Shown here: one piece after another, positions 23,263 to 51,859 of the stretch
Position numbering within the stretch: the first letter of the stretch is position 1
How the letters are laid out: each line of letters starts with the position of its first letter
Assembly (NCBI RefSeq): GCF_964188315.1
Contig: NC_135668.1
Span: forward strand, 31,186,001-31,250,000
DNA from: Podarcis muralis
Lineage: Eukaryota
Length of the DNA stretch: 64,000 bases
Direction: 5' to 3'
Notes under the pieces: generated by a model
Databases searched by the model: none
What the model was told of the DNA's origin: nothing
What the model saw: the letters and a program-made list of their open reading frames with translations, nothing else
Translations under genes and position numbers: made by a program

Positions 23263-24826
23263 CCAGTGAGTTGGGTGATGCAAAGAGCTTTTGGGGTGGA
23301 GGGAAGGTCTTCTTTGGAAAAGGAGAGGCTGTTGGGATCAGGTATTGGGGCTGGTGCAGCTTTGAGAAAGCCTTTCCTTTTTCATACATTCTGATGGGAT
23401 GGAGAAGCTCTGGAAGGAAGAGCGGAGGAATGGTGTGAAATGTCCTCCTGCCCAAGTTGACATGTTTTATTTCAATGCAGAAAGAACAGAAAAGTTGCCC
23501 ATGGGGTCTATCAAGAACGTGGTGAGTGAACCTATCGAAGGACATGAGGATTATCACATGATGGTAAGGAACGGTCCTCTGCAAATACTGCACCTGAACT
23601 TTTGCAGATGTTAAGCCCAGGGTTTCAGGAGAAGACTACATTCCTATGAGCAAAAGCAGTCAGCATAAGGGCTAATTCAGAGAGAAGCCTTTCTTCCTTC
23701 TGCAGCACTCTCCATAGAGAGGATCATATTCCCTGCTTTTTACCCTGCAAGAAGACTCAGCATTCAGTGAACTCCTGTGAATTGTCTGCCTCTCTTCTAT
23801 TTTCTACGGAATAAGTACTTCTCCCTTCAGTGGACAGAAACATACAGGGACACAGGGCCTCCACTTACATAACAATCTCATTAACTCTTCGGTTTATTTG
23901 CCACTTGAAAGGAGAGTTTATGTGTCTCCTTCTCTTTCCTCCTCTCACAAATAGAACTGAAGTTGGTGTTGAGTTGAGGACCAAGGGGTGTGTTTGTGGC
24001 CCTCTGGATGTTTCTGAACTACAACTCCCATCAGCTAGCATGGTCAGCGGTCAAGAAGGATGATCATGATTGGAGTTGTAGTACAGTTTGGATGCAGCAG
24101 CTGACTGGTTTGCACAAGTGCAGGAGTAAATAATTGAAGCAGAACACCTGGGGGGGGGGGGAGGTGCAATGCGTGAGCCCAGTTGGCAAAATTCTGAGCC
24201 CAGTTGGCAAAATGCATAATGTCTCTGCGTGTAAACAAAGTAGTATCCGGTTAAGATTCACCTTGCTTGAGGCAAGCCAATATTCTCTGCCTCAACTACT
24301 ATGTCTGTAATATGGAGATGCTGGTGTTAGTGATGGCCTACATTGCTTGGTTGTTGTAAGGGTTTGGGGATAACGTACATGAAATACTTTGAACACCTGA
24401 ATATGTATAAACAGAAAGTGTCTGATACCAGTTGCTGAAAACCACAGGAGGAGAGAGTGCTCTTGTGCTCAAATCCTGCTTGTATGTTTCCCAAAAGAGG
24501 CATCTGCTTCGCTACTAGAAGAACAGAATGCTGAACTAGGTGGGCCATTGGCCTGATCCAGCAGGCTTTTCTTATATTCTTCAATGTTTTGAGAGAGACC
24601 TGCTGCTCCTCAGGAAACTGCTGAATCTGGCTTGGTCCCAGTGTTGAATGAGGTGGCCATAGTTTGAGGGACCTTAATCCTGAGCCTCCTGTTCTTCTTT
24701 TCCCACATCTTCCAGGCCTTCCAGCTGGGTCCTACTGAAGCCTCTTACTACTGGGTCTATTGGGTGCCTACTCAATACGTCGATGCCATCAAGGACACAG
24801 TGCTGGGGAAGTGGCAGTATTTTTGA
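18472..24826 (+). CDS. UBFD1: Ubiquitin family domain-containing protein 1, 7 exons, 291 aa
   Basis: Exons: 18472-18496, 19206-19481, 19594-19802, 20535-20600, 20779-20884, 23481-23563, 24716-24826 (876 nt in frame). UBL domain LKIIWNK...GLPPAMQKVMFKGL; C-terminus YWVYWVPTQYVDAIKDTVLGKWQYF. Confidence 0.97.
20943..21287. mobile_element. Tigger/pogo-like MITE, family A (345 bp)
   Basis: TA TSD; a close copy of 3965-4302. Confidence 0.9.
21454..21846. mobile_element. hAT non-autonomous element (393 bp) in UBFD1 intron 5
   Basis: Perfect 8-bp TSD CCCTAGAG, TIR CAGTGTTTCCCAACC and an internal palindrome. Confidence 0.93.
23200..23262. repeat. (TTTA)n(CTTA)n compound microsatellite
   Basis: Read directly from the sequence. 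Confidence 0.9.
24420..24582 (+). mobile_element. CR1 3'UTR fragment
   Basis: Same family, with a TTCTTAT(A/G)TTCTT-type tail. A similar piece lies at 28005-28150. Confidence 0.75.
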
Positions 24827-25068
24827 AGGCACGCTCACCTCTGGCACTGGAGACTGACATGAACCTAAGGACACTGCTAGGAGAGGCCTGGACATGGGTC
24901 GTCCTGGAACTTCTTATCGATACGATCTCAAAGAGGCCTGGGAGGACGCCAGAGGTGGGGATCTCTCGCCATTAGTTTATTTTTAACTTAAAAAGTGCAG
25001 CAGCAGCCTTTGTTCGGCAGCCCAGCTTCAACCATATTTAAAAACAAAAAGCAAATATGATGGAAATC

Positions 25069-25074
25069 AATAAA
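25069..25074 (+). terminator. Candidate proximal UBFD1 poly(A) signal
   Basis: AATAAA about 240 nt after the stop codon. Confidence 0.45.
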
Positions 25075-28000
25075 CCTTAATTCACAAACCACTGTGTGTA
25101 ATACACTTTAACTGTGCCAGGTGTAGTAGCCCTTCTGGTTTTCTGTTTCTGCAAGGAGAAAAACGCTGACACACCGCTGAGGATTTTCTACATGATTTGG
25201 ACAAGAGACAGATATTTTCGTAACTCTTCATTAACAAGCATTATGGTTTGTTTTGAGGTATGCGCTTGTGACTGGGAGCTTGAGAAGTAGGTTTCTCTCT
25301 CTCCTTTTTAATACTAAAAGAAAACTTTTAAATGGTATGCAAACTTGGGGTTTCAGAAGCCATATCTTCCTTGTCCTTAAGTTTCCTGGTAGCTTTTCTG
25401 GTAGCAAAATGGGACAACTCTCACTCTTAACCCAAAGATGCTTGACTCCTTTTTCAGATGCTGGCAGTGATTCTTTAGTGGAGTTTTTCATGCCTGTTAC
25501 TGAGAGGAAGGAAGCTTAATAACGCAGGAGACTTGCAGCCATGCTGGACTGTTGCTTACTCTGTTCTGTTCTCCCTTTCCCATTATTCTCCCTCCCATTA
25601 TTAGGGGGATCTAGACTGCCTTAAGAAGCATTTCTTGGCTATCCCTGTTGTTACCGAGAATTACTTTGCAGCTAGCTTGTGGGTTTGTTATCTCTTGTTT
25701 TACGTATAACATTTGCTCTGCATCCAGACCGCATCCAGTATCACCCCAGCATCAGTGGGGCCTCTGAATGTGTGTACAGTCACACAGCTGCCTCAAGGTG
25801 CTCAGAAGGGAGGACCCTCCCTGTGTTCAAAGAAGAGACACGGCTGGTCTGTGTGAGCATATGTGCTCTCCTGCGCATTCTAGAGATGCTGGGTTTGCAG
25901 CTGTTATCTACAGCAAGAGAGCACATTCTTCACACCCTTTAATATGAGGTTAGCGGCATTGTCAAATGTTTTAGCAACTTTTCCATAAAATGGTGGTTAA
26001 AATTGAACAAAGTGGTAGTCACTTGCTTTTTGTTCATTATACCAGAACTCTGGTCCACTGCGTGGCCTGTGGTGACTGAGGAAGACACAAATTTGCTTTA
26101 GAATACAGGTTTTTTCTGTTTGGTGCTCTTTATACCATATTTTCAGCTGAGCGAGTAGCTGGCCATCACCCTGTTCCTTGGCCCACTTGGGGGACCCTCA
26201 GGTGTCCTTGTACCCTATCTTCCAAGTAGGTGTTCCTTGAGTCTTTGCCTAGGTGAACTTGGAGTGTGGCTTAACATCATGATTTGCATTGATCCTGGTA
26301 GGAACTGAACCAGAGTGAACTGTCATTCCAGCCTAGCTCATTCAGGATAAGTTCCCTGAGGTTCATGTTTTTTAAGAACAACTCAGACAAATTGCATCCA
26401 TAGACCTCCCTTGTTCAGTTGAGTTGGCCATCTTATTTTCTGCTGAGCTATTGTATAAATCTTTTTGTGCCTGGTGGGGGCACATTTCAAGAACCCTTGA
26501 AGTAATTTTGACTTCTGTGCCATCTGATTTTGTGGAAGTGACCAGTCTGGTTTTGATGATTGATTTCCCCGCTACTAAACATCACCAGGTGTGAATAGAG
26601 ATATATAAAACTTCAAATGTTAATGCCATAGTTTGGTCAGGGCATGTTTTCCTGGAGAAAAAACAGGCATTTGGAGAAATTGAAATTTATGCAATTCTTT
26701 CTTACCAAACCTAAACCCAAGGCTATTACTACTAACTATCCTGCATTTCATTCATGAATCTAAGAAGTATTGCAGCAGTCAATTGACTATAATCCTTCAA
26801 GTGCTACTTTCAAAAGCTTTTTATTCATCATCCTAGTAGTAGAAAAATATTCCATTACAGTTTTTTCAGTCTTTCCTCAAATGCCAAGTTTTTACAATAC
26901 CCCCCCCCCGAGTATATGTGTTAGGGTACCCAATTATTTTACACATCTCTACTAGTAACTCATAACTCCTACTTGCAACTAGTAACCTTAAATACTTACA
27001 GAGTAAGGTTGGCTGCAATTTTAGCATTGGGAACGTAAGATGCTGTCTTACCAGTTGCTAGGAATCGCAAGTGGGCAGAGTGCCGCTGCTCTCGTGTTTC
27101 TGCTTGGAGGTTTGCACAGGAATTTGGTCAGCTGCTTTGAGAACAGGATTGTACTAGATGGGCAACCTTTGGCCAGACCCAGTGGGCTTGTCCTCCATTC
27201 ACCAGATCAGACAGTTGGTCTATATAGTTCAGTATTTACACTGGCTGTGGCTGTCCAGGGTTTGAGGCAAGCGTCTTTTTCCAGCCTTAATTGGAGGTGC
27301 CATTGGGGACTGAACTTGGAACCTTCTGCATGCAAGGCAGACACTGTACCACTTACAGCTCTTCTCCCTTCTGATTTCCTCATCCCAGGCTCCTTTGAAG
27401 GAAGGCTGTCTTTTAACTACCTGTCTACCATGGTATACTTCTCCTTAGTGCTGTAGTTCAATTCAAGGGTCGTTTGCCTCTGGTTTTCTTTGATCCCTGT
27501 GGTGCCCATCGTGAGCATCCTTTGTTGTGCATGGAGGGTGAGCCTCAGTCTGAGCTTTAGCTGCACCTGAAAACACCCCTGGCCCAGGTCTGTACCTCCT
27601 GGATTAGAAGACTACTTGATGTGAGCATTTCTAAACATTAGCGATCTGGTGTCAATGTCACCTGTCTTCTGCAAACATGTATCCCTGTCTGTTCCATTTC
27701 CATGAAAGTGACCTTACGGGATGCATCCACACAAATAATTACAACTAGTATTGAGGTTGTTTGTGCTTTAGGGGACGAGTGGGAAGCTGTAAGAAGGTGT
27801 GTGCCTTACATCTGTATTGTTGGCAGCTGTTTAGGAGCAGGAGTCCCTTTCCCCCCACAAGGGGAACAATACCGAGTGATGCTCAGGTGGGGCAGGGGCA
27901 GAAGAGGCCACTCTCTTTTGGTCTTTCTCTTTTGGTCTGCTTTCTAGAGACATCCTGCTTTAGGAGAACAGGAGGGACATCAGGGCACTTTCAGGGTTTC

Positions 28001-31000
28001 AATGTGAGTGAGGGAAGTGTTGTTGCTCTCAATTCCTGGTTGTGGGCTTCCCTTTGGGGTATCTGATTGGCCTCTGTGAGAACATGAGGCTGGACTTGAT
28101 GGGCCCCTTTGGTCCTGATCCAGCAGCCTGGTTCCTCTTAATGTTCTTATATTGAAGGTAGTGGGTAATTGTGACATGTGGAAGGGAGTCTGACATGTGT
28201 AATACCAAACTGTTTGGCTGTTTGCTCCAACTCCTCCAAGTGCTTCAACCCACCTTCTCAAGGAGTATGGCTTCTCTCTAGAAGGCAAAGCAACAATGCA
28301 AGTAAATGGCATAGGAGTCCTGACAGTGGGTTGCCTGCTTCCTTGTGTACAAGGGCAGCTGAAGGTTTCCAAAGGACTTGCACTAGGCTGGTTTCTCTCC
28401 AAAATTAACATTAAAGTGGCTCAAATCTTTCCCAGGAACATGGAGTTTAAAAGTGACTATGTACTTGCAAATTTCCAAGTGCTTCCTATTTGTGCAGCTA
28501 AAGGCACAATTTGTAACGGGCCATAAGTGCAGATAACGTGGTTGACATGGTCTATCCTTTTATAAGATGATGTGCTGATGCTTTGAGTTGCCTTCCAGTC
28601 TTTATATGTGAAGGGCATGTCTGCATAATTGGGGATGTGGGGAAACATCTGCATGGAATAGGCAAATGATTTCTAGGTCCAAGCATCTGTTGTCTTTTTC
28701 TCTCTCTAGAAGCAAGCCACAAATTCTTAGTCTCCAGTCTTCCTCAAGGCTCAACCATTTTTCAAAAATTTATCTGCATCATGGGCTAATGCCTTCGGAG
28801 CCCAGGGGATTTACTCAGCCCAAGCCTAAAGATCCATCTGAACTTTTAACATCTGCATTGTGGCTTTGTTTGAGCCACGGCCTCATTGAACTTAGTCCCA
28901 CAGCCTGTGTTTAGTGCCAAGACGAAAGCCTTGGAAATTGGGAAGTAAAGAAAATATAAGCAATTACCTCTGAGCATAAGCAGAGTGCCTTTCTCTTAAC
29001 CTATCAGGCTCCTCTTCTCTCTCCTTCCGCCTCCCCCAACACACCTGGGGCGCTGTATCCAACATCAGCTGTAACTCAGAGCAAACCCATTGAAATCAAA
29101 AGACCACATGTCCATTACTTTCAACAGGCCTCCTCTGAGTACAGTTAACATTGGAGCCAACCCTTGGGGTTATCGGGCAAGATTCCCTAGTGAGAGGGCT
29201 AGAGCTTCAGCTTGGCTTGAGTTCTTCTTCTGATCTTTGGGCATTTGGAATGCAGCTCCAGGCCCGCTTGAGCCTTTATAAACGATTCCACCTTTGACCC
29301 TGGAGGCAGCTCTTGCTTCAGGTACTGACTATGAACAAGCAGCTTTTTCAAGCTTGCTGCGTATTCACAACATCCTGCGGTGTCTTTTTCAGTCCATGTG
29401 TGTATCTGTACCCCTCTGTGATTCCTTCCTTGCAGGGGGGTTGAACTAGGTGTCCCTTGGGGTGCATTCCATCTCTACAGTTCTATGATTCTATGACTAT
29501 TCAATTGAACACATTTTGATAGCAGTGTGGCTGACCCTTGTAGGTGTTGGTATTTGCAGTCCATAACCGCTGGAAAGCGCCAGCTTGTGGAAGAGTATCT
29601 AATCTGACAACTTCTTGTGCCCCATGTGCTTAGGAGAGGGCTTCTTGAATTTCCTCCAGCATGCCAATATTAATTGGGTTTCTGTGCAAGAGAGGGGCAG
29701 CCACATTGATGCAGAAGGCTGAACTGGATGGCCTCAGTAGAACTGGCTTCCTAGTGCTGCTGGTGCTTTTGTTTTTCCCCTTCATTGTCTGCCCTGTCCT
29801 GCTGCCTGAGATATCATTCTTTGCCTCTGCATGCTTCCAAACTGCAGTCCCTTTCTGTGAGGGAGTGTCTTTCTGCAGTTTGAAAGCATCGCTGCTTAAA
29901 AGCCTCCCTGGTGCCATGTTTACATGCAGGTTATATTCAGATCATTTAATGAGCCTGTTGGAAAACATTTGCTTGTGTGTGTACCTTCTTAAAGTGTCTC
30001 TGAGTGGAAAATGAGGTGTCTCTTCTTAGTGGAAGGAAATATCGAAGGACTTGACTTTAGATTACAGGTGCTGCTTTGGGCTGCTTATTAGGGAAGGCTT
30101 CAGCAGACACAAATAAGTGGGCGGGTGTTCCCCTGGGGGGGGGGGTTTAATGAAAAAACCACCTTGGGAGCATATCTCCTTTCACCACTCCCATGATCTC
30201 CATCCTTTTTGAGGCAGATTTTCAGTTCTTTCTTTTTTTTAAAAAACTGCCAGGAGGAAGAAAAAAAGCAGCCTCATGTTTCCAGCCCTGCTTTCCCCAA
30301 TCAGGTATACTCCAGATGTTTTGGACTACAGCATTAATCAGCCCTAGCCATCATGGGAGATGTAGTTTAAAACATCTGGAGGACCTCTGGTTGGGAAAGG
30401 CATTTGTCTCAGTCTCATGGAGCAGAAACATCCCATGTAATGCTGGTGATTAGGAAATTACTCTGCATTTGGTGCCTAGGAAACGGGGGTGGTGTCCAGG
30501 GCTAATCTTGCTCTTGCTGAGTTGTTGATTTTCTTTCCATTTTCTTAACCAGGGCCAAAAATCTCGGTTATGTTGTGCAATGCATTTCTCCCACCCAAGG
30601 TGCCATATTTGGAGAACTCTCCTCCTCCAGACTTGCAGCCATAGGGAACCTCAGTATGCCCTTCTCCCAGCACGGACACATGCTAGCTGTTTGGTCTTAC
30701 AGGACAGGCTTTCACCACTTGCCCTCCTCCCTCCTAGTCTCCCAGTCCTTCCAACAGACAAGAATGACCTGCCCACATCATGCCCACCCATTGTGGGCAG
30801 CTTCACAAGCAAATGGAGCGCCCAAGAAGGGCCCAAGCAGTGAAAGCAGCCAGCTGGGGTGTGGTTGGCATGCACATGTACACACAGACCTGTTTAACAC
30901 TGGTATGGATGCATTTCAGGGGCTGGGATCTTGGTGTTCAGTATCAGGAAATCTTCCATCTCCCCCAGTATCCCTTCCTGTGTGAAGAGTTGCCCTGTGC

Positions 31001-31664
31001 TGGGGTGAATTTCTCTTGCGCCATCATGTGCCTGCCCTCTGAATCTTAGCCAGTTCCTTGCATGGGCAGAAGCTAGGCAGGCAGTGTGTCTATCCCAAAT
31101 AGCCCAGCCTGATTCACCCTCATCCCAGGTCCTCTGCAGAGCAGCAGTTTATCATTTCCAGGGCCGGTTATGGAAACAGGGAGGCATGAATGAGGCTGGG
31201 TGAACATTAAGTCTTAGACGTGCACTGCTGAAATATTTTTAAGTGTAACTTTGTCCGGCAATTATTCTCCTTGTTCTATTCTGTAAGATCAATCAGTCTT
31301 GTCAATTAAACTTTGATAATGAACACTTTTGGTTGTGTTGAGTGGTTTTTCACATGGTACCTGTTCCGCATAGTGCTATTGAACTTGGGGGGGGGGGGTT
31401 TGGAGGTGAGGAGGATGGCATCTCAAGGTAGCGTTGGGAAAGACTCGCTACCTGGAACCCCAGAGAGCTGCTTCCAGTCAGTGTTGACAATACTGAGCTA
31501 GATGGACCATTGGTCTGGCTCCATATAAGGCAGGCTTTGAGCGATGAAAGCCCCCCCCCCTTCAGCAGTGAGGATATTTGGTAGAGAAACACATCTTTGT
31601 TGGGGATCCTCACATATAATGCTTATTACAAGTATCTCTAAATTACTAAGTAGGTTAAATAATA

Positions 31665-31990
31665 CTTAAGAACGTAAGAACCACCTGCTGGAACAGGCTA
31701 GTGGCCCATCTGGCTCAGAATCCTATTCCCACAGTGGCCAACCAGATGCCCCAATGGGAAGCCAGCTAGCAGAACCAGAGCACAAGAACACTCCTGTGAT
31801 TTCCAGCAACTGGTATTCAGTTAACTGTAGATCCAAAGCAATAGCCACCATGGCTGGTAGCCATCGATAGCCCTCTCCTCCACAAATTTGTCCAATTTTA
31901 TTTTAAAGACCTCCAAGTTGATGGACATCATTCGCTGCCTCCTGTGGGAGCAAGTTCCATAATTTTAACACTGCACTTTGTGAAGGAGTA
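31665..31990 (-). mobile_element. CR1 3' fragment
   Basis: Reverse complement of the CR1 ORF2 end (LWNLLPQEAA-like) and 3'UTR. Confidence 0.8.
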
Positions 31991-32200
31991 CAGTGGTACC
32001 TCGGGTTAAGAACTTAATTCGTTCCGGAGGTCCGTTCTTAACCTGTAACTGTTCTTAACCTGAAGCACCCCTTTAGCTAATGGGGTCTCCTGCTGCCGCT
32101 GGGCCGCCAGAGCACGATTTCTGTTCTCATCCTGAAGCAAAGTTCTTAACCTGAGGTACTATTTCTGGGTTAGCGGAGTCTGTAACCCGAGGTACCACTG
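31991..32200. mobile_element. Tigger/pogo-like MITE, family B (short), at the end of a CR1 fragment
   Basis: TA TSD and perfect CAGTGGTACCTCGGGTTA TIRs. Confidence 0.88.
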
Positions 32201-33154
32201 TACTTGGCATCCCTGTTGAGTGGATAAAAAGCTACTCTGTCTTGGGCACAAAGGTTTAATATAACATCATGGAGCTGCTGGACTGGTCTTGGGCAGCTGT
32301 TCATGCAGTGAAGGCCAAAGAGAAGAGTTCCTGGTTGGCCTTGTAACGTCCTTCCAATGTGTTTCCTTCTCCGCCTGCGCAGTTTTTTGTCCAGCACTTC
32401 CTGCTAGTGAGATCTGTGGGCAGATTGTGGTTTCAAGGATGTATCTGAAAAGGTGTGTGAGAGCAGCACTGCCAGCTCATAACCCAGCTCTCCTTACTTT
32501 CACTGGGAGGGGGATCTGGAGTTCAAAATGCCAGCTGAGGAGGGGGGTCTGGACTTGGGGGAAGGGCTGTTCTTTTTTCCAAACTCAAAAAAGGAAGGGC
32601 TCTTTGCACATGCTCACTCTGTGCTTTGTATATGCTCCCTTGTTGCCTTTGCTTCCTTCTGCTCTCTTCATTAGTGCCAGCAGCCTTCCTTACCACCCTG
32701 CCCAGGATGTCCCACTTCCTGGTTCTGGCTGGGTCTGAGCAATGGAAAGCCCTGACCCTTAGAAATAGGAATCTCTCATACACACATGCACGTGTGTTTG
32801 CAAAAGCAGCCATCCTCATAAAGAATTGAAATCCTCTGTGTGCCTCTGGGCGCGTGCAGAGTGCCTATTCTACTGGCGTTAGGGGGGGGGGGGAGTGTTT
32901 GGGAAGGGGAGAGCCCCGTCCTCCTGGCTGTTGGTCCCGGCAGGGCAGGGCAGGGACCCGGATCTGGGGCGGAGGCGTGTGCCAGGTGGGGCAGCAGCGC
33001 CCGGGAAGGCGGTAGCGTGGCAGGTCCGGCTCCTCCCTGCGCTGAACCTGCCGGAATGGAGCCGGGGCGTCGGGCTTGCGGGGGTCTCGGCTGTGGTCGC
33101 GGCCCCTGGAACAAATGAGGAGGAGGATGCCCGGAACCCGCGGCAAGAGCAGTC

Positions 33155-48245
<15,091 letters not shown>

Positions 48246-49372
48246 TGATCTCCTTGGAGGATGGAAGAACTGGCTGTGGGGCCCAGGCTGCCCTGTTACG
48301 GAGGGGTGATTTCCTCCATTGTTGAGCAGCGGCATCAGCGTACACCAGCACGCTCTCTGGACCATTTGCAGGAGGACCCAGTTCAGCAAAGCCGCTCCAG
48401 GATTCTGCCATCATTGTGTTTTCGGCAAAGCAAATTTCCTGTAGAGCAGAAAGCACCTTTCGGTAGAAGAACAGTATGCAGAGGTGTTCCTTCTCAATCA
48501 GACCACTGGGCCATTTAGCTCATTATCATCTAGTGACAGGGAGTCACTCTTTGGGGTTTCTTAGCCCTGCCTGGAGATGCCACTGATAAGAGCATTTTTC
48601 AGGGCTTCATGCAAGAGAGGACTGCTTTATCTTCAAGCAGAGACAGCATAGGTATCAAAGGGAAGTCCCTGTCTCTGCAGTCTGAAGCTACCTCTAAGCT
48701 GCCACTGCAGCGAGGGGGCTTTCTGGAGCAGGTTTCATGCCAGGTTTATGGAGGGGGTGCCCACCCTCTCCTACAAAGGCCCATTGGTAGGAGAGGGTGG
48801 GCATCTCCCCATCTGTCATGGATGCTTTAGCTGAGATTGCTGCATTGCAGAGGGTTGAACTAGATGACCCTGGGGTCACTTTCCAACTCTAAGATTCTAT
48901 GATTTTTCCTGAGTAAAATGCAAAAGGGCATTGCTGGCAGATAGGGTCATGTATCACCCTGGAAAAGCAGGGGAGGTACCTGAGAGGTAATGACTGAGAT
49001 TAAGCCCTGCAATAGTATTTCCTGGGTAGAAGGTGAGAAAAAAAGTTGTTCCTGGTAGCTGTATTTCAATTGGGGTGGGCCTGGGGGGTTGGATCTTGGA
49101 ACAGGTTCTCTGTGGCCTCCAGTTCTCCCTGTAGATCCTTCAGCTCATGGGGGTCCATTACCTGACAAAGGCTGGTGGTGTCAACATGGCTCTATCAATC
49201 TGGCTACTTCCCTCTGACCTCTCACATCAACCACTTGTTAAATTGCTGAGCACGTATTTGGGTGGAGTTTTATCCTAGCAAGTGACAATTGCTGCAATTT
49301 GTAGGTACACTGGTAGGATGTCTTGCTGGCTCATAATTTGCCTCTGAGTGTTTTTGTAATGCAATGTTTTTA

Positions 49373-49378
49373 AATAAA
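49373..49378 (+). terminator. Candidate ERN2 poly(A) signal
   Basis: AATAAA about 1.17 kb after the stop, followed by a U-rich tract. Confidence 0.55.
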
Positions 49379-49790
49379 AGATTTTTTTGTAAAAGAAACA
49401 ACAGTATATATTTAAATGTAAAAGCAAGGGAGGCTAGAGTGTTGTGTGTCCCCACCCGCGAGACAGGGGCTTTCTCAGACATTTTGCTTACAGAATCACC
49501 TCAATGGCTCGATGTCCAGCGTTTTGGATTACTGCTATTAATTGGATTTCTTACCAACCCTTCGCCATAAGATACCAGGGCGGCTTAGAGCAAAGTAAAC
49601 AATCAGTGCTAAAATCATTTTTTTAAATTTGCAATGGAAATAACAGGGCAGGTACTATAAACATGCATCTCTGTCACTCAGGTTAAGCTGGTGGTCCTTC
49701 AGATGCTGTTGGATTCCAATCCCGATTATCCCTGGCCTTTGGATGAGTCAGGACAGATAAAGTACTTATTCATGCAGTATCTAGTTAAAC

Positions 49791-50417
49791 CAGAGGCTTT
49801 CAACCTTTTGGGTGGTCCACGGCTCCCTTGACCAACTACATTCTTTCTATTTCACCGCTGTGGGGCTCAGGAGCCCAGTCATGTCACCCCTTGCCTGCAG
49901 AGTCAGCAGCCTCTCACCCTTTTTTGAACACCCTCCCTCATGTAGTGTTCTCCTCTCTTCTCCTTGGGAGTCCTCTGAGCAGCCCCAACTGCTGCCCCTG
50001 GTCTACGAGGTGCCTCTTCACACTGCCCCACAGGGGCCTGGGAAGCACCCCCTGGCCAGCCCCAGCGGCATCATTCGCCTGGGGAGCTTGTAGCCATGCG
50101 AGCCTTTTGGAGGCAGAAATGCAAGAGGGCGGGGGGGGGGGGGAGAGGAAAGAGGGACAGAGGCCAGTGTTGCCCACAGCACCCCGAGCATCATTCAGAT
50201 GTCAAGGAAATAAACAACTATCTGACTTTTAGAAGACATCTGAAGGCAGCCCTGTTTAGGGAAGGTTTTAAGGACTGATGTTTTTCTTATGTTTTTAGAT
50301 ATGTTGTAAGCCGCCCAAAGTGGCTGGGGAAACCCAGCTAGATGGGCAGGGTATAAATATTCTTCTCCTCCTTCTTGGCACCCCAGGATACCACAGCACA
50401 CTGGTTGAAAACCACTG
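49791..50417. mobile_element. hAT element inserted in a CR1 and carrying a nested L2 fragment
   Basis: Ends CAGAGGCTTTCAACC / GGTTGAAAACCACTG; TSD AGTTAAAC / AGTTATAC (7 of 8 match). Confidence 0.8.
50190..50370 (+). mobile_element. Short L2 3' fragment nested in a hAT element
   Basis: GATGTCAAGGAAATAAACAACTATCTGACTTTTAGAAGACATCTGAAGGCAGCC and the family 3' end. Confidence 0.85.
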
Positions 50418-51184
50418 AGTTATACTATGGAACTCACTGCCACAAGAGGCAGTGATGGCCACCAATTTGGGTGGCTTTAAAGGAGGATTGGACTAATTCA
50501 TGGAGGATGAGGCTATCAATGGCTGCTAGCCATGATGGCTATGCTCTGCCTTCACACTCAGAGACAGTAGTGCTTCTGAATACCAGTTGCTGGAAACTCC
50601 TGGAAGGGTGAAGGCTCATGATCAGGAATCCTGTTTCTAGGTTTCCTATTGGAGCATTCCCCCAGGATGCTGGGGGTCTTTGGCCTGATCCAGCAAGCTA
50701 TTCTTATGTTTTTATTGGCTGCTGTGGCTGATGGGAGTCTGACAACAGATCTGAAGGTGACTGCCCCTGAGCACCAAAGCAATGGCTTATTATTCTCTTT
50801 GTGATCACACCTAACTCCATCCCCATTGTTTTTCAAGTGAATAATATTGGATTATAAACAATTATAACCAAATTGTAAATTCTCCCTGGTATTGATAGCC
50901 CAAAATTCTTCAAGCTCAAGGTGGCTTACAAAGTTCTCCCTCTCCCCATGTTACCTTCAGAACCACCTTGTTGGGTAGGGTAGGCTAAGAGACAGGTCTC
51001 AGGACACCCAGTGAGCTTCATGGCAGTGGGGATGTGAACCCAGGTCTCTCAGGTCCTAGTCCACTACACAACACATCTTTATAGGCAACCCTACCCATGT
51101 CCACCCAGAAGTCCTATTGAATTAAATTCAGCTTACTCAGAAGTAAGTGGGGTTATTTATTTTGTGTATAAACCTATTTTAAAA

Positions 51185-51186
<2 letters not shown>

Positions 51187-51226
<40 letters not shown>
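51187..51226. repeat. (TA)n microsatellite
   Basis: Read directly from the sequence. Confidence 0.95.
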
Positions 51227-51231
<5 letters not shown>

Positions 51232-51859
51232 GCGCTCATTAGGGCCATAAAATTATAAACAAGGGACAAATGTATCGACACTGAAATCAGTTTAGTACCG
51301 GTATGTTAGTTTGCCTCTTGCCCTTTAATGTTAACATTTCCAGCCCGGCTCACAACAATAGAGAGATCGACAGCAATAAGTTCAAAACCTCAACCGCCAA
51401 TACAACAACGGCTGAAAAGCCGAGAAGGCGGAGAAGGCGATGCCATTCTAGGCGAAGACGCGAGCAAGCACTTGGCGGAGAGCCTCGACTCGCTCCGCGG
51501 GGCCCGGGTGAGGCTCTCCAAAAAGATCCTACGCCTGCAGCCCGGCCCGCTCCATTGCATTGCACTGCAGCGCCCGACGGGGGTCCCCAGAAAAGACCTA
51601 CGACGGAACTTGGGAGCGCTCCCTTCCGCATGTTTACTCGGGAGTAAAGCCCTCCAGCTGCGTTAGACGGGTCGGACTCCCATGGATGCGCGCAGCAGCA
51701 GCTTTGCGCAAACCGCACTGGGCGGCTGCGCTGGCGCCGCTTTGCCCGCTGCTGTCGGGGCGGGGCTGGGACGGTGACGGATTCCCGGTCTCGCTCCCTC
51801 CCTCCCTCCCTCGCGGGCTCCGGTTCCCGTCGTGCTCCGCGGCGCTGGAGGCGGGTTGG

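Larger units (their letters stand above)
49755..50710 (+). mobile_element. CR1 3' fragment split by a hAT insertion (49755-49790 and 50418-50710)
   Basis: The two halves rejoin at AGTTAAAC-TATGGAACTC. Confidence 0.75.
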
